Source of the DNA: Heterodontus francisci
Lineage: Eukaryota
Length of the DNA: 64,000 bases
Assembly (NCBI RefSeq): GCF_036365525.1
Contig: NC_090374.1
Span: forward strand, 101,085,682 to 101,149,681
Direction of reading: 5' to 3'
Shown: positions 50,115 to 63,738 of the stretch, in pieces
Numbering within the stretch: position 1 is the stretch's first letter
Layout: the number at the start of each line of letters is the position of its first letter
The notes under the pieces: model-generated
Database searches by the model: none
Told to the model about the DNA's origin: nothing
The model's input: the letters and a program-made list of their open reading frames with translations, nothing else
Program-made: the position numbers and the translations under genes

Positions 50115-51684
50115 ATTTGTAAACCAGCCTTTTATGTGGTAACTTATCAAATGCTTTCTTCAAATTCATATAGATAACATCCACCGCATTTCCTTCAACA
50201 ACCTTCTCTGTTATTCATTAAAAAATTCAATTAGTCAAGCATGGTCCGCCTTTTACAGATCTGTGCTGGCTATCCTCAATTAACTCAAACCTCTCAAGTG
50301 TCCGTTGATTTTTTTACCTGATTATTGATTCAGAAACCTTACCCACCACTGCTGACAAACTAAATGGCCTGTAGTTGCTAGGAATGTCCTTACACCCGTT
50401 ATCGACTAAGTTTGTCAATTTGTCAGTCTCCAATCCTCTGGCAACAAGCACTAGCACCCGCTCCCATATCTAGGGAAGAAAGGAAGATTATGGCAAGCCC
50501 TTCCACTAGCTCCGCCACCACTTTTTTTCGTAACCTGGGATGCAAGCATCCAGATGCGGTGGCTAATCTACCCTAAGCACAGCCAGCCTTTCCAGTACCT
50601 CCTCCCTCTCAATTTTTACCCTATCCTGTGCCTCTGCTCTCTCCTCTTCGACCAATATTTTGTCAGATTCCTCTTCCTTAATAAACACCAATACAAAATA
50701 CTCAAGTATTCTAGCGTTGCGCTGTGCCTCGAAGCACATATTTACCCTCTTCGTCCATAATAGGCTCCCATTCCACCTCTTACTACCCACTTAGCGTTTA
50801 CATGCTGGTAAAAGATTTTTGGGTTCCCTTTTATTTGGCTGTCATTCTATTCTCACATTCTCTTTTCCAGTCTTATTTTCCTCTTCTCCTCCCCTCATCC
50901 TCTTGTATTTGGCCTGGTTCTCACTTGAAGAATTCACTTGACATACATATTACACCCCCTTTTTTTTCCCTCAATCTCTATCTCCATCATCCAAGCAGCC
51001 CCGCTTTTGGTTCCCCTATCTTTCACCCATGTTGGAATTTACCTAGCCTGTACCTGTAGCATCTCAATCAATTCTTCCATTACAGTTTTTCCTCTCGGCC
51101 TTTGGTTCCATTAAATCTTGGCTAGATCCCTTCTCATCACATTGAAATTAGCCCTCTTTCAATCATTCCTTGCTTTTCTACATTACGAGTCTAAACCTAA
51201 TGTATATATGATATTATGATCACTCTTACTCAAGCGCACCACACAGACACTTGGGCTATCTCAGTTTCCAACACCAGGTCCAGAAATGCCCCCTTTCTAG
51301 TTGGGCCAAGGAAATTTTTTTGATCACAATCCAAAAATTCCTCCCCCTCCTTTCTCATTACTCTAAAATTATTCCAATCGATATTTGGGTAATTGAAGTA
51401 CCCCAATATCACCACTCTATAGTTCTTGCACATCTGTGATGCACATTAATAAGAAGTTGACTGAAACAAGATTTACCCTGAATTCCCACAGGTTTGAGCT
51501 TTGCGTCGAAACTTCTACATAGACTTTCAGAAGGTATTTAACAACAGATCGTATCGTTTACTACAGTCCAGTAAGGATGTCAATTCCTCAAATAAGTCAA
51601 GGAGGCTGCCCAGTCAGGATCTTCCCCTTTTTTCATCACTTGAATTTGAGCTGGATTAAAAGCCAGTTGCCAGAGGTAGAAGAT

Positions 51685-52630
51685 TATGTCATTGAGCATT
51701 GGCCCTTCAGCCCATCGTGTCTGTGCCAGCCATCAAGCACCTAACTATTCTAATCCCATTTTGCAGCATTTGGCCTGTAGCCTTGTGTGCCATGGCATTT
51801 CAAGTGCTCATCTAAATACTTCTTAAACGTTGAGGGTGCCTGCCTCTACCACCTCTTCAGGCAGTGCGTTCCAGATTCCAACCACCCTCAGTGAAAAAAA
51901 CTTTTCCTCAAATCCCCTCTAAACCTCCTGCCCCTTACCTTAAATCTATGCCCCCTGGTTATTGACCCCTCCGCTAAGGAAAAAGGTTTCTTCCAATCTA
52001 ACTTATCAATGCCCCTCATAATTTTGTATACCTCAATCATATCCCTCCGGCCTTCTCTGCTCTAAGGAAAGCAACCCTAGCCTTTTCAGTATCTCTTCAA
52101 AGCGGAAATGCTCCAGCCCAGGCAACATCCTGGTAAATCTCCTCTGCACCCTCTCCAGGGCAATCACATCCTTCCTATAGCGTGGTGCCCAGAACTGTAC
52201 ACAGTACTCCAGCTGTGGCCTAGCTAGCATTTCATACAGCTCCATCATAACCTCCCTGCTCTTATATTCTATGCCTCGGGCTAATAAAGGCATGTATCCC
52301 ATATGCCTTCCTAACCACCTTATCTACCTGTGCTGCTGCTTTCAGTGATCTATGAACAAGTACACCAAGGTCCCTCTGTATTTCCTAGGGTCCTACCATC
52401 CATTCCCTTGCCTTGTTAGTCCTGCCAAAATGCATCACCTCACACTTGTCAGGATTAAGTTCCATTTGCCACTGCTCCGCCCATCTTACCAGCCCATCTA
52501 TATCGTCATGTAATCTAAGGCTTTCCTCCTCACTATTTACAACACCATCAATTTTCATGTCATCTGCGAACTCACTGATTATACCTCCTATATTCACATC
52601 TAAATCATTAATGTACACTACAAACAGCTT
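51685..52630 (-). mobile_element. CR1 3' fragment
   Basis: YINDLD, EFADD, RPQLEYCVQFW. Confidence 0.88.
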
Positions 52631-54098
52631 GACCAATTGTCCCGCTACTCTACTCAGTCCCCAATTCATGCTCTTTAAGATACAAGCAAGCATTCTATGT
52701 CATAACAGATTACTTTTAATGATTCACTTTGCACACCAACTCATGCTGACAATGACTATTTGCTGGTTGGGAGGGACTTAAGGATAATGTTACACTTTCT
52801 AAACGATTGAAAAGACTTGCATCTTATCTAACAACCAAAAATCAACTTTTGAAAACTATTAACTTACCATTTACTGTAGGAAGCAATTAGAAGCGAAGGC
52901 AATTTTATTATCTAACCTTTTCACACTGTAGTTTAGATTCATATCGCATAAATAATTTATTTTGTCACAGCCACCGAGTAGGACAGCAACACCATATTAT
53001 TGTGCAGAGCAAACTCTTAATTAAGAGTCATCCATCACATTCTAGTTTTTTGACAGCATCAATAACTTGAGTTCATTTAATGATGCATGCCAAAAAGGAA
53101 TTTTTTTTTAAATTTAAAGTTATTGCCAAATTACACGGCAACATTTTGACTTATTTGCACCTAACAGGTAAGTTATCTTTAACAATTACTCATTGGCAGC
53201 CATATGTATAGTTATACACATGATTGCCAACAATTGTTATAAATGATGACTCACCTCCTTTGTGCTAATAGTCTAATATATTAACTGAAGAAATTACTCA
53301 AGAGATTCTCACTTCCTGAAGAATTAAACATATACAATTTTATAAGCAGTTCAGTCAGCCAGAAGCTTTAAAGCATTTGCGTCGAAAAGCATCGATGCAG
53401 ACTAATTACAGGAGCAACACAACAAAACTTCCAGAGCAGGAGTATCTCTATCAATTCCATCCATACAAGCAACTAAACCAACCAAGAACAAAAATCATTA
53501 AAAGGACATTCCACTTTGAGCTAGTAACATGCATATTTTGTTTTTCAAATTATCTCATTCCCGACACCAACGACATCCCCCCCCTCACCCCCACACTTTT
53601 CCAAGCTGTAGTTAAGATCAGACAAATCACATCCAAACTGAAATATATTGCTCTGTAATCAGTTAATGACCAATTTTGCTTTCTGTCTGTTCAGAGCCTG
53701 GCTCTCGCTGGACAAACAAATCTTCCTCCAAGCCAGTCAACATTCAACTTCAGAAAGCACATGCACTACAGCTTCCTCAGCCAGTTGAGTGGCCACAATT
53801 TTTTTTCATCCCAAATATGGATCTATGCAGTTGTATTGCATGATTCTCTCATCTCTCCAACTCCCAGTCCCTTTTGGACACTATCTATTCTTTTGTATGC
53901 AGACAGCAATCAGATTTTATATGTCTGTACTGATTTCTATATACAGTCAGCAGTGCAGTGGGCAAAGTGGATAATAAAGGAGATGTGTGGTGAAGAATCA
54001 AAGCAACAGATGTAAATCAGCACTTAAAACTGTCAGTTAAATATTATAATTGACAGAATGCAGATAATATTCACAAACATAAATAGAAAGGCCTTTAC

Positions 54099-54273
54099 CG
54101 TACGATACAATTTATGGCAAAACTGACATCCAGCTGTCTAATACTTCTGATGTCCAGGGCAAAGCAGAAATGGTGTGCTGATGCTGGAATGGAGATCTTT
54201 GGTGCTGATGTAGAATCAGACAAATTGGAAACTGGAGCTGGACCACACGTTGATTCCATTGCAGAAACTGGTA
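54099..54273 (-). CDS. CEP120: CEP120 exon, start of C2C domain, 175 nt, phase 1 to 2
   Basis: Acceptor ttctaatag| and donor CG|gtaaag. Translates ...APKISIPASAHHFCFALDIRSIRQLDVSFAINCIVR, against human [35 protein letters not shown]. Confidence 0.96.
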
Positions 54274-54699
54274 CTATTAGAAGTTAAAAATACAATAAAT
54301 GTAATATTTAATGTTGCATTTGCTACAGTGAAAGTTGTCAGAGTCATGCAATGCAATAACTTAAAAACTCCTGCCAAAGCATCATAATCAAACACTTTTG
54401 TGTCAGGTACAGCATGAACCATGTGAAACTTGCTGTATACTACTACAGCACAACTTGACGTTTATTGAGTTCTTTGAAAAGCCAACGGAATGACCAGGCA
54501 CTTTTTAACCAGGTTGCAGCTACACAGGGTGCAAAGTCCAAGCTGTATGTTAACTTATCGAGGTGGGCTCTCAACTCTGGATCCAACAAACTCAAAAGTC
54601 TGATCGGCTTGGGAGTTATACTGCTATTTTCACAGGAATATGTACTCAAAATTGTTTTGTAATGACATAAGATACTATATGGACAGCTTCAAGTTCCTT

Positions 54700-56170
54700 T
54701 CAGAAACATACTTTACAACATACCGTCCATTACTGTCTAGCCTTTAGCACTCCGCTCACCATGACTTATCTGCAGATTTGCACAACCACACCCTCACCTC
54801 CACGTTTTCTGCCCCAGTCTCCAATAAAACCACTGCGCTCTCACCTTGGCTGTTCCCTCGGTGTAGCCATCATCTCTACTCCTTTAAGTTCAAGGGACGC
54901 AAATTTGAACGGATATGGCGGACAACTGACTTGTCCATTCACCATTCGGTCTGGCTAGACCACAGAAAGCACCATCAGGTCCTCCTCTCATGCCAAAACT
55001 ACTCACTATTCCAGGAATGCAAAGATAACCCCCAGCTTCTTTTCTCTACTACAAACCATTTTAAAGCCCTCTCCCCACCTCCTCCTCACTCGCCTCCAAG
55101 TCGTGCTCGGAGCTCATGAACATCTTTCACTAAAATGGAGACAATCTGATCAGCTGCCTCTGCCACTTCTCTCCCTTCTTCCAGCCCAACGAGCCAAACC
55201 TCCTCTAAAGTTCCCTCCTGCTTGAGCCTGAAACTCTCATCTTTCTCTGTTTCTTTCCTATCTCCACTCATACCCTCCTCAAGTTCATTCAGTCCATGAG
55301 ATCCATCTCCTGCTCCCTTGATCCTATTCCCACGGAGTTGATGAACACTCAACTTCACATCCTGGTCCTGATATTGTTAGTGGGTTCACTCGATTCAAGT
55401 ACTGCCCCTCTCTCCTTTAAATATGCCTCAGCACACCCTCCTCAAAAGACTCAACATCTACCCCTCCATCCTTGAAACTAGCACACCATCTCCAACCTCT
55501 GTTTCCTCTCTAAAGACCTCAAATGTGTTGCCACCTCCCAAAACCATGTTTGCATCTCTGCCACAGTACCAAAATGGTTCTTGCCAAAGTCACAAATGAT
55601 ATCCAATGTGACTGTGACAAAGGCAAACTGTCAGTCATCTTTCTTGACCTGTCTGCAAGTTTTGGCAAAGTCGACAAACCATCTTCCTCCAAAGTCTCTC
55701 TGCTGTCTTCAGGTTGGGTGGGACTGCACTCGCCTGACTGCATTCCTTGAGAGCATCACTTGCAATGGCTTCCCTTCCCGCTCCCGCACCATTACCTCTG
55801 GTGTCACCTAAATATCTACCCTTGGCCCCCTATTTCTCATCTACACGCTGCCCCTCAACAACATCAGCCAAAAATACATCAGTTGTCACGTATAAACCAA
55901 CAAAAGCCAGTTCTACCTCACCACCGCCTCTCGACTCTGCCACTGTTGCCAAATTATCAGACTGCACTCCAACATCCAGTACTTGATGAGAAGTTAACTC
56001 CAATTATATACTGGGAAAACCGTTCCCTAGTTACTGATACCCTCCCTCTCCTGGCAACTGTCTAAGGCTGAGCCAGACTGTTTGCAACCGTGGCGTCATA
56101 TTTGACCCCAAGGTGAGGTAAAAACCACATATCCGTGCCATCACTCAAAACGGCCATTTCCACCTCTAGT
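54700..56170 (+). mobile_element. Decayed L2 LINE fragment
   Basis: HSTKMVLAKVTNDI, FLDLSASF, ITSGVT. Confidence 0.8.
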
Positions 56171-57327
56171 TTTATGAAGCTGTTACTCACATTATAATGC
56201 ACCAGGAACATTCAACAGAGATTGACACTTCATTACAAATGTAATAAGTAAACTAAACAGTAATCGGAAGTCACAAATATAAAAAAAAATGCAATATTTA
56301 GCACAGCCTCCTTAAAAGACCTGCCTTTAAGCTAACGGGGCAATCACTGAGCAGACTTTTCTACAACTGCTAAAAGGCCTATTCGGTGCTTCACTATCCA
56401 GAAGTACATTTGCAGCAAGGCAAGGAAATGAGAGTCTATAATTCCAAGTTGAGCAAGTGTGTTGTAATGCACTGAAACGTATTTGTCCACCCTGCAAAGA
56501 AATCTAACTCAAAGTGTCAGGACATATATACAGCATAAATGAAAGAAAATTAAAATGATAGTTTGCAAAGCAGATTCAGATATAGTAACTATTCAAGAAA
56601 ACACTGAACTTTGCAACAAGGACTGAAAAACATTATTCAAGCTTGAAAAGTAGAAAAAAAAAATAGCCTGTCAGTGATAAGTACCGACGAACATTTTCAA
56701 TTTTCTCAATTGCTCCTTTCAACCTACGTTATGCATTATTGCACCATTCCCACCGAAGAGGGAGGTGGCCTTCTGTTCCAATGCCTCTTCCAAGTGCACT
56801 GTCAGCAAGAGCAATTATTTACCTTACTTTGAGAAAGCCAGTCCCCTCAACTGCAGAAAATTACTGAGGTTAGAAATTAATCATGGATATAAATCTGATT
56901 TCATGATTTTCATTTCCCCAACTTCTCTCCTACTTTACCAAAGGCATGACGCTTGCTGGAGTACAGTCCCACTTGAAGCTCAATGTTCATACTTTCCAGC
57001 AAGGGCAAATCAAATGCAAAATCTCTAACTGATTTTCCCCTCCCAAGTCCAAGGCAAATTGTAGTGCTCCACGTGTTGCCCCAGCTGAGGTTAATTAACT
57101 TAGCAAAGCTTAGGAATTTGGTGATTCTGGTTTAAGCAGTCTTGCACATTCTATTATCTTGCCACAGAACCTTTAATTATGTGGCAGATTTAGTATTTGA
57201 TAGGTAAACCAAACAAGTGAGACACAACTGCATGAGAAATACCAATAAATGTGCGTGTTTTCCAAAATATATCACTGTGTTTATCCACATCCAACTGCAT
57301 AGTTGGAAGACTAATAAATTGATGCTG

Positions 57328-58083
57328 GCTCAGATTTTATAGTCAGCTGCAAAGCAACGGCGCTCACTGTTGACCTCGTAGAAAGCCGCCCACAAAGATC
57401 TAACCATCTCTGTGGCGTGCATTTTCCCTTGCCAGGCGTTTGCTTGACTTTGGTACCAAGTCAAGGGGATCTCCAGGCGTCCAGCAACAGTGATCTCATC
57501 AAGCAGGATAAACAACCAACCACATTTAAGTATTCCCACTGACAGAAAACCTGGAAGTAAAATGCACTGATTGTCCTCCATTTTTAATTAGAAGTTTTAG
57601 GAGAGCGAAATAAATGATTGGGGCATACACACGGGATTAAGACAGAAGCTGAAATATCAAACATCTATAGAATTTTTAAAAATTTTTTTTATCATAATGG
57701 AGAAATTTGACATTACAGAAATATTAATTTTTCAGCAACCGTGAGGCTGTTCAGCAGTAATTAATGAACTTAGAATGCTGTTAAAAACCCAGTTACATCT
57801 CATTCAATATGGTTATTTTTTTTTTAAAAAAGGGTTTTTACAAAGAGTCTAACAGCATAAAAGGGCACGTTTTCATTAGTTCAGTGATTTCTATTTGATT
57901 GCAGTCTGGGAGAGTTTCATCAAGGCACCCTATGGGGAAATCGGAGAATCACGAAACCTCTAGATTTCCACATTTAACTGCACATGTGCTGATTCCAGAA
58001 GCTGCTGTCAATTTCAGAGAAGTAATAAATAATGACAGCGAAGGCTGACAGTTTCTCCATCATTATTACTGTAAAATCCGGGC
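57328..58083. mobile_element. MITE-like DNA transposon (Harbinger-like termini)
   Basis: Imperfect 16-bp TIRs gctcagattttatagt / actgtaaaatccgggc. Confidence 0.65.
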
Positions 58084-58144
58084 TGTTAACAAGACCCTTT
58101 AAACAATTTTGCATAAATAATCAGAGAATTGAACCAAACCTCAC

Positions 58145-58240
58145 CTTGAGAAGGCTGAACAGGTTGAGATGAATGTGCCTTAGTATACAATGCTGATCCA
58201 GCTTGTTGTTTGCCAATATCCTGACCAGAATCAGGCATCA
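58145..58240 (-). CDS. CEP120: Probable additional CEP120 exon, 96 nt, symmetric phase 1 to 1
   Basis: Acceptor tttttcttgtag| and donor AAG|gtgagg. Open in the frame set by both neighbours: (V)MPDSGQDIGKQQAGSALYTKAHSSQPVQPSQ. No recognised human counterpart. Confidence 0.68.
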
Positions 58241-58465
58241 CTACAAGAAAAAAGGTAATTATCAATTCAATTCAACTGCCCTCCAAATAGCAATTTCTGA
58301 CAAGCTATAATTAACCGGATATAAGGCATTGGGACAGACCAAATTAGCAACTAAGCAACACAGCAGTCCCCTTGTGAACAACACAACAGACATCTGGTGG
58401 CTGTTTCAGATTATGCCTGAACAAAATCAGAGAAATATTACATTCCAGCACTAAGTATTACTCAC

Positions 58466-58688
58466 CATTTTGGATCTTTTTATTCTCCTCTTCCTGCAGA
58501 CTATTCACCTCATTTTCTGTTGCCTGGTCTCTACTGGGAGGGGAATCACTGCGTTCAGGAGATATGCTTCCAGTATCAATGGTCTTGGGCTTTTGTTCAG
58601 GAATGGAAGGCTTAACAGTTTGAGGAGAAACTATTCTCTGCATCACTGGAGACTTGGGTTCAGGTGCCGTTTTAACTGGACTAGATGA
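58466..58688 (-). CDS. CEP120: CEP120 internal exon (linker between C2B and C2C), 223 nt, phase 0 to 1
   Basis: Acceptor ttttttaag| and donor G|gtgagt. Translates SSSPVKTAPEPKSP...SPPSRDQATENEVNSLQEEENKKIQN, similar to human CEP120 SPPTKDDATESEVESLQ. Confidence 0.88.
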
Positions 58689-61385
58689 CTTAAAAAAATT
58701 TTGTTTGGTCAACAGCAGAAAAGCCAAATTCCAAATACCCATAATCAGAGATTCATAATCATAATGTACAAACTTAAAATAAGGATACAAAGTTTAGCCC
58801 TTAGAACTTCCAATCACCAACATTTAGTAAATGAGATAAATAGAATTACATCACCTCTGAGGAGTTTTAATTCTTGATTAACTGATTAGCACATCAAAAG
58901 ATTTACAATGCAATCTTTTTTTAAACTTTAAAACAATCCCTGATTATTGCTGTCATCAAGTACCTTCTCTGAATAAAACATATCATGGATATTTCTAGTA
59001 AAGCTAAATATTTTACAAAGAGGCATGTTGCAGGATAATTTATGAATCATTTTGTCGTACTCATTGATCGCCCATGGCATGCAGTCAAGATCAATGCAGC
59101 CTTTGGAGAAAACAGGGTTCGAGGATGTGAGATAATGGAACTGGAGTGTGTCAGTGTCCTGCAGTCCCCATTTTAATGTCATACAATGCATTCTTCTCAT
59201 ACTTCAATTCTAAACTCCTATCCTCACATTTACACGTTTATAATGCAATGTAAATTACTCATATGTCATGTAAATGCAAATGTCATGCTGAAATTACTCA
59301 TATCTGCTAGTAGTAGTATGGCAGCACTGCCATTGGTAGGAGGATGCAATTAGTGTCATAGAACCATAGTATCATTTATGGCAGAGAGAGAGGCCATTCG
59401 GCCCATCAGGTCCACACTGGCGCTCCGCAGAGCAATCCAGTCAGTCCCATTTCCCCATTCAATCCCCGTAGCCCTGCAAGTTGGTTTCCTTCAAGTGCCC
59501 ATCCAATTTCCTTTTGAAATCATTGATTGTCGCCGCTTCCACCACCCTTGTGGGCAGCAAGTTCCAGATCATTTCCACTCGCTGCTTTAAAAAGCTCTTA
59601 CTTACATTACCCCTGCATCTCTTGCCATAAACCTTCAAAATGTGTCCCCTAGTCCTTGTACCATCAGTTAATGGGAACAGTTTTTCCTTGTCTAACTTAA
59701 TTAAGCCTGTCATAATCTTGTACATCTCTATCAAATCTCCTTTGCTCCAGGGAGATCAACCCCCAGTTTTTCTAACCTAACCTTGTAACCAAAATCCTCC
59801 ATCACTGGAACCATTCTGGTAAATTTCCTCTGCACCCTCTCAAGGACATTCACATCCTTCCTAAAGTGTGGTGACCAAAACTCGACAATACTCCAGTTGG
59901 GGCCCAACCAGAGCTTTATCCACTTTGGTTGTAAAAACAGAAAGGCAGATTAGCTGAATGGTGATAGATTGGGAAAGGGGGAGGTGCAATGAGACCTGGG
60001 CGTCCTTGTACACCAGTCGCTGAAAGCAAGCATTCAGCTGCAGCAAGCAATTAGGAAGGAGAATGGTATGTTTGCCTTCATTGCAAGACGATTTAAGTAC
60101 ACGAGCAAGGATGTCTTACTGCAGTTATACAGGGCCTTGGTGAGACCACATCTAGTGTATAGTGTGCAGTTTTGGTCTCCTTATCTGAGGAAGGATGTTC
60201 TTGCTATGGAGGGAGTGCAAAGATGATTTACTAGGCTGATTCCTGGGATGGTAGGATTGTCATAAGAGGGGGGATTGGGTCGACTAGGCCGATATTCACG
60301 AGAGTGTAGATGAATGAGGGGATCTCATAGAAACTTATAAAATTCTAACAGGACTAGACAGGCTAGATGCAGGGAGGAAGTTCCCGATGGCTGGGGCATC
60401 CAGAAACAGGGGTCACAGTCTCAGGATACGGGGTATGCCATTTAGAACTGAGATGAGAAGAAATTTCTTCACTCAGAAGGTAGTGAACTTGTGGAATTCT
60501 CTACCACAGAAGGTAGTGGAGGACAAATCATTAAATAAATTCAAGATGATAAATATATTTCTTAATGCCAAAGGGATCAAGAGATATGGGGAAAGAGTGG
60601 GAACAGGGAACTGAATTAGACGATCAGCCATGATCTTTTTTGAATGGCGGAGCAGGCCCAAAGGGCCGAATGGCCTACTCCTAGTCCTATTTTCTATGTT
60701 TCTATGTTTTAAAAAGCTTCTGCATAACTTCCCTGCTTTTGTACTCAATGCCTCTATTTAGGAAGCCAAAGATCCCATATGCTTTACTAACCACTCAATA
60801 TGTCCTGCCACCTTCAAAGATCAATACATATGCACCCCCAGGTCCCTCTGTTCCTGTACACTCTTTAGAACTGCGTCATTAAGTCCATATTGCCTCGCCC
60901 TATCCCTTCTTCCAAAATGCATTACCTCACATTTGTATGTATTATATTCTATCTGCCACTTGTCTACCCATTCTACCAGCCTATCAATACCCTGTTGCAG
61001 ACAGTGCGTAGCATCTTCACTACTCCAAGTTTGGTATCATGGGAAAATTTTGAAATTCTGCTCTGTACTCCAAGATCCAAGTCATTTATATATAAGCAAC
61101 TAAAAAAAAAAGCAGTGGCCCTAGCACTGAACTTTGGGGAACACCTCTGTCGACCATCCTCCAGTCTGAAAAATAACCATTTACCACGACTCGCTGTTTC
61201 CTGTCCTTAAGCCAATTTTTTTATCCAATTGGACACTGGCCTTTCTATTCCATGAGCCTCAATTTTGTTAACCAGGCTTTTATGTGGTACTTCATTGAAC
61301 ACTTTATTCAAATCCATACTGACAACATCCACCGCATTCCCTTCATCAACCTTCTGTTACTGCATCCAAAAATTCAGTTAGATTA

Positions 61386-63040
61386 CAAAGAACAAAGAAA
61401 ATTACAGCACAGGAACAGGTCCTTCGGCCCTCCAAGCCTACGCCGATCTAAATCCTCTATCTAAACCTGTCGCCTATTTTCTAAGGGTCTGTATCTCTTT
61501 ACTTCCTGCCCATTCATGTATCTGTCTAGATACATCTGAAAAGACGCTATCGTGCCCGCGTCTACCACCTCCGCTGGTAATGCGTTCCATGCACCCACCA
61601 CCCTCTGCGTAAAGAACTTTCCACGCATATCCCCCCATAACTTTTCCCCTTTCACTTTGAACTCGTGTCCCCTTGTAATTGAATCCCCCACTCTGGGAAA
61701 AAGCTTCTTGCTATCCACCCTGTCTATACCTCTCGTGATTTTGTACACCTCAATCAGGTCCCCCCTCAACCTCCGTCTTTCTAATGAAAATAATCCTAAT
61801 CTACTCAACCTCTCTTCATAGCTAGCGCCCTCCATGCCAGGCAACATCCTGGTGAACCTCCTCTGCACCATCTCCAAAGCATCCACATCCTTTTGGTAAT
61901 GTGGCGACCAGAACTGCACGCAGTATTCCAAATGTGGCCGAACCAAAGTCTTATACAACTGTAACATGACCTGCCAACTCTTGTACTCAATACCCCGTCC
62001 GATGAAGGAAAGCATGCCGTATGCCTTCTTCACCACTCTATTGACCTGCGTTGCCACCTTCAGGGAACAATGGACCTGAACACCCAAATCTCTCTGGACA
62101 TCAATTTTCCCCAGGACTTTTCCATTTACTGTATAGTTCACTCTTGAATTGGATCTTCCAAAATGCATCACCTCGCATTTGCCCTGATTGAACTCCATCT
62201 GCCATTTCTCTGCCCAACTCTCCAGTCTATCTATATTCTGCTGTATTCTCTGACAGTCCCCTTCACTATCTGCTACTCCACCAATCTTAGTGTCGTCTGC
62301 AAACTTGCTAATCAGACCACCTATACTTTCTTCCAAATCATTTATGTATATCACAAACAACAGTGGTCCCAGCACAGATCCCTGTGGAACACCACTGGTC
62401 ACACGTCTCCATTTTGAGAAACTCCCTTCCACTGCTACTCTGTCTCCTGTTGCCCAGCCAGTTCTTTATCCATCTAGCTAGTACACCTTGGACCCCATGC
62501 ACCTTCACTTTCTCCATCAGCCTACCATGGGGAACCTTATCAAACGCCTTACTGAAGTCCATGTATATGACATCTACAGCCCTTCCCTCATCAATCAACT
62601 TAGTCACTTCCTCAAAGAATTCTATTAAGTTGGTAAGACATGACCTTCCCTGCACAAAACCATGTTGCCTATCACTGATAAGCCCATTTTCTTCCAGATG
62701 GGAATAGATCCTATCCCTCAGTATCTTCTCCAGCAGCTTCCCTACCACTGACGTCAGGCTCACCGGTCTAGAATTACCAGGATTATCCCGACTTGACCTA
62801 GAGTAATCAAACATCTGTTCCTAACCTCAACATCCGTCATGTCCCTCTCCTCGGTGAATACCGATGCAAAGTACTCGTTTAGAATCTCACCCATTTTCTC
62901 TGACTCCACGCATAACTTTCCTCCTTTATCCTTGAGTGGGCCAATCCTTTCTCTAGTTACCCTCTTGCTCCTTATATACGAATAAAAGGCTTTGGGATTT
63001 TCCTTAACCCTGTTTGCTAAAGATATTTCATGACCCCTTT
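61386..63040 (-). mobile_element. Young CR1 3' half
   Basis: 323-aa and 158-aa RT frames (SCLTNLIEFFE, DFSKAFDKVPH, SGVPQGSVLGP, KFADD) and a (ttctttg)n tail. Confidence 0.93.
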
Positions 63041-63411
63041 TAGTCAAGCATGATCTACCTTTCACAAATCTGTGCTGGCTATCCTTAATTAACTCAAACG
63101 TCTCCAAGTGCCTGTTGATTTCCCCCCCCGATTGTTGTTTCTAAAACCTTACGCACCACTGATGTTCAACTGAACGGCCTGTAGTTGCTAGGACCGTCCT
63201 TACACTCTTTCTTAAATAAGAGGGTCACATTTGCCACCCTCCAATCCTCTAGCACCTCCCCCATATCTAGGGAAGAGTGGAATTTTATGGCAAGCCCTTA
63301 TGCTATTTCCACCCCCACTTTCTTTAGCAACCTGGGATGCAAGCCATCCGGTCCAGGTGACTTATCTACCCTAAGCATAGCCAGCCTTTCCAGTACCTCC
63401 TCGCCTTCAAT

Positions 63412-63738
63412 TTATTTATTTTATTTAGAGATATAGCATTGAAACAGGCCCTTCGGCACACAGAGTCTGTGCCGACCAACAACCACCCATTTATACTAAT
63501 CCTACATTAACTACTACATCCCCACCATTCTCCTACCACCTACCGACACGAGGGGCAATTTACAATGGCCAATTTCCCTATCTACCTGCAAGTCTTTGGC
63601 TGTGCGAGGAAACTGGAGCACCCGGCGGAAACCCACGCGGTCACAGGGAGAACTTGCAAACTCCACACAGGCAGTACCCAGAACTGAACCCGGGTCGCTG
63701 GAGCTGTGAGGCTTCGGTGCTAACCACTGCGCCACCCC
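63412..63738 (-). mobile_element. tRNA-derived V-SINE (HE1-like), full length
   Basis: Reverse complement of the 18633-18980 family, with A box tggcgcagtgg and B-like gggttcagttc. Confidence 0.9.

Larger units (their letters stand above)
44810..51440 (-). mobile_element. CR1 LINE acting as host for the Penelope, NT5DC2 and LINE insertions
   Basis: Tail at 44810. Segments 44810-45389, 46344-46781 and 50115-51440 are collinear with the paralogous copy at 59357-63775. Confidence 0.82.

Noticed and set aside
56828-56850. Possible 23-nt microexon (ttttctgcag|...AAA|gtaagg, minus strand)
   Set aside because: Frameshifting, a weak exonic donor context and no homology support; likely chance.
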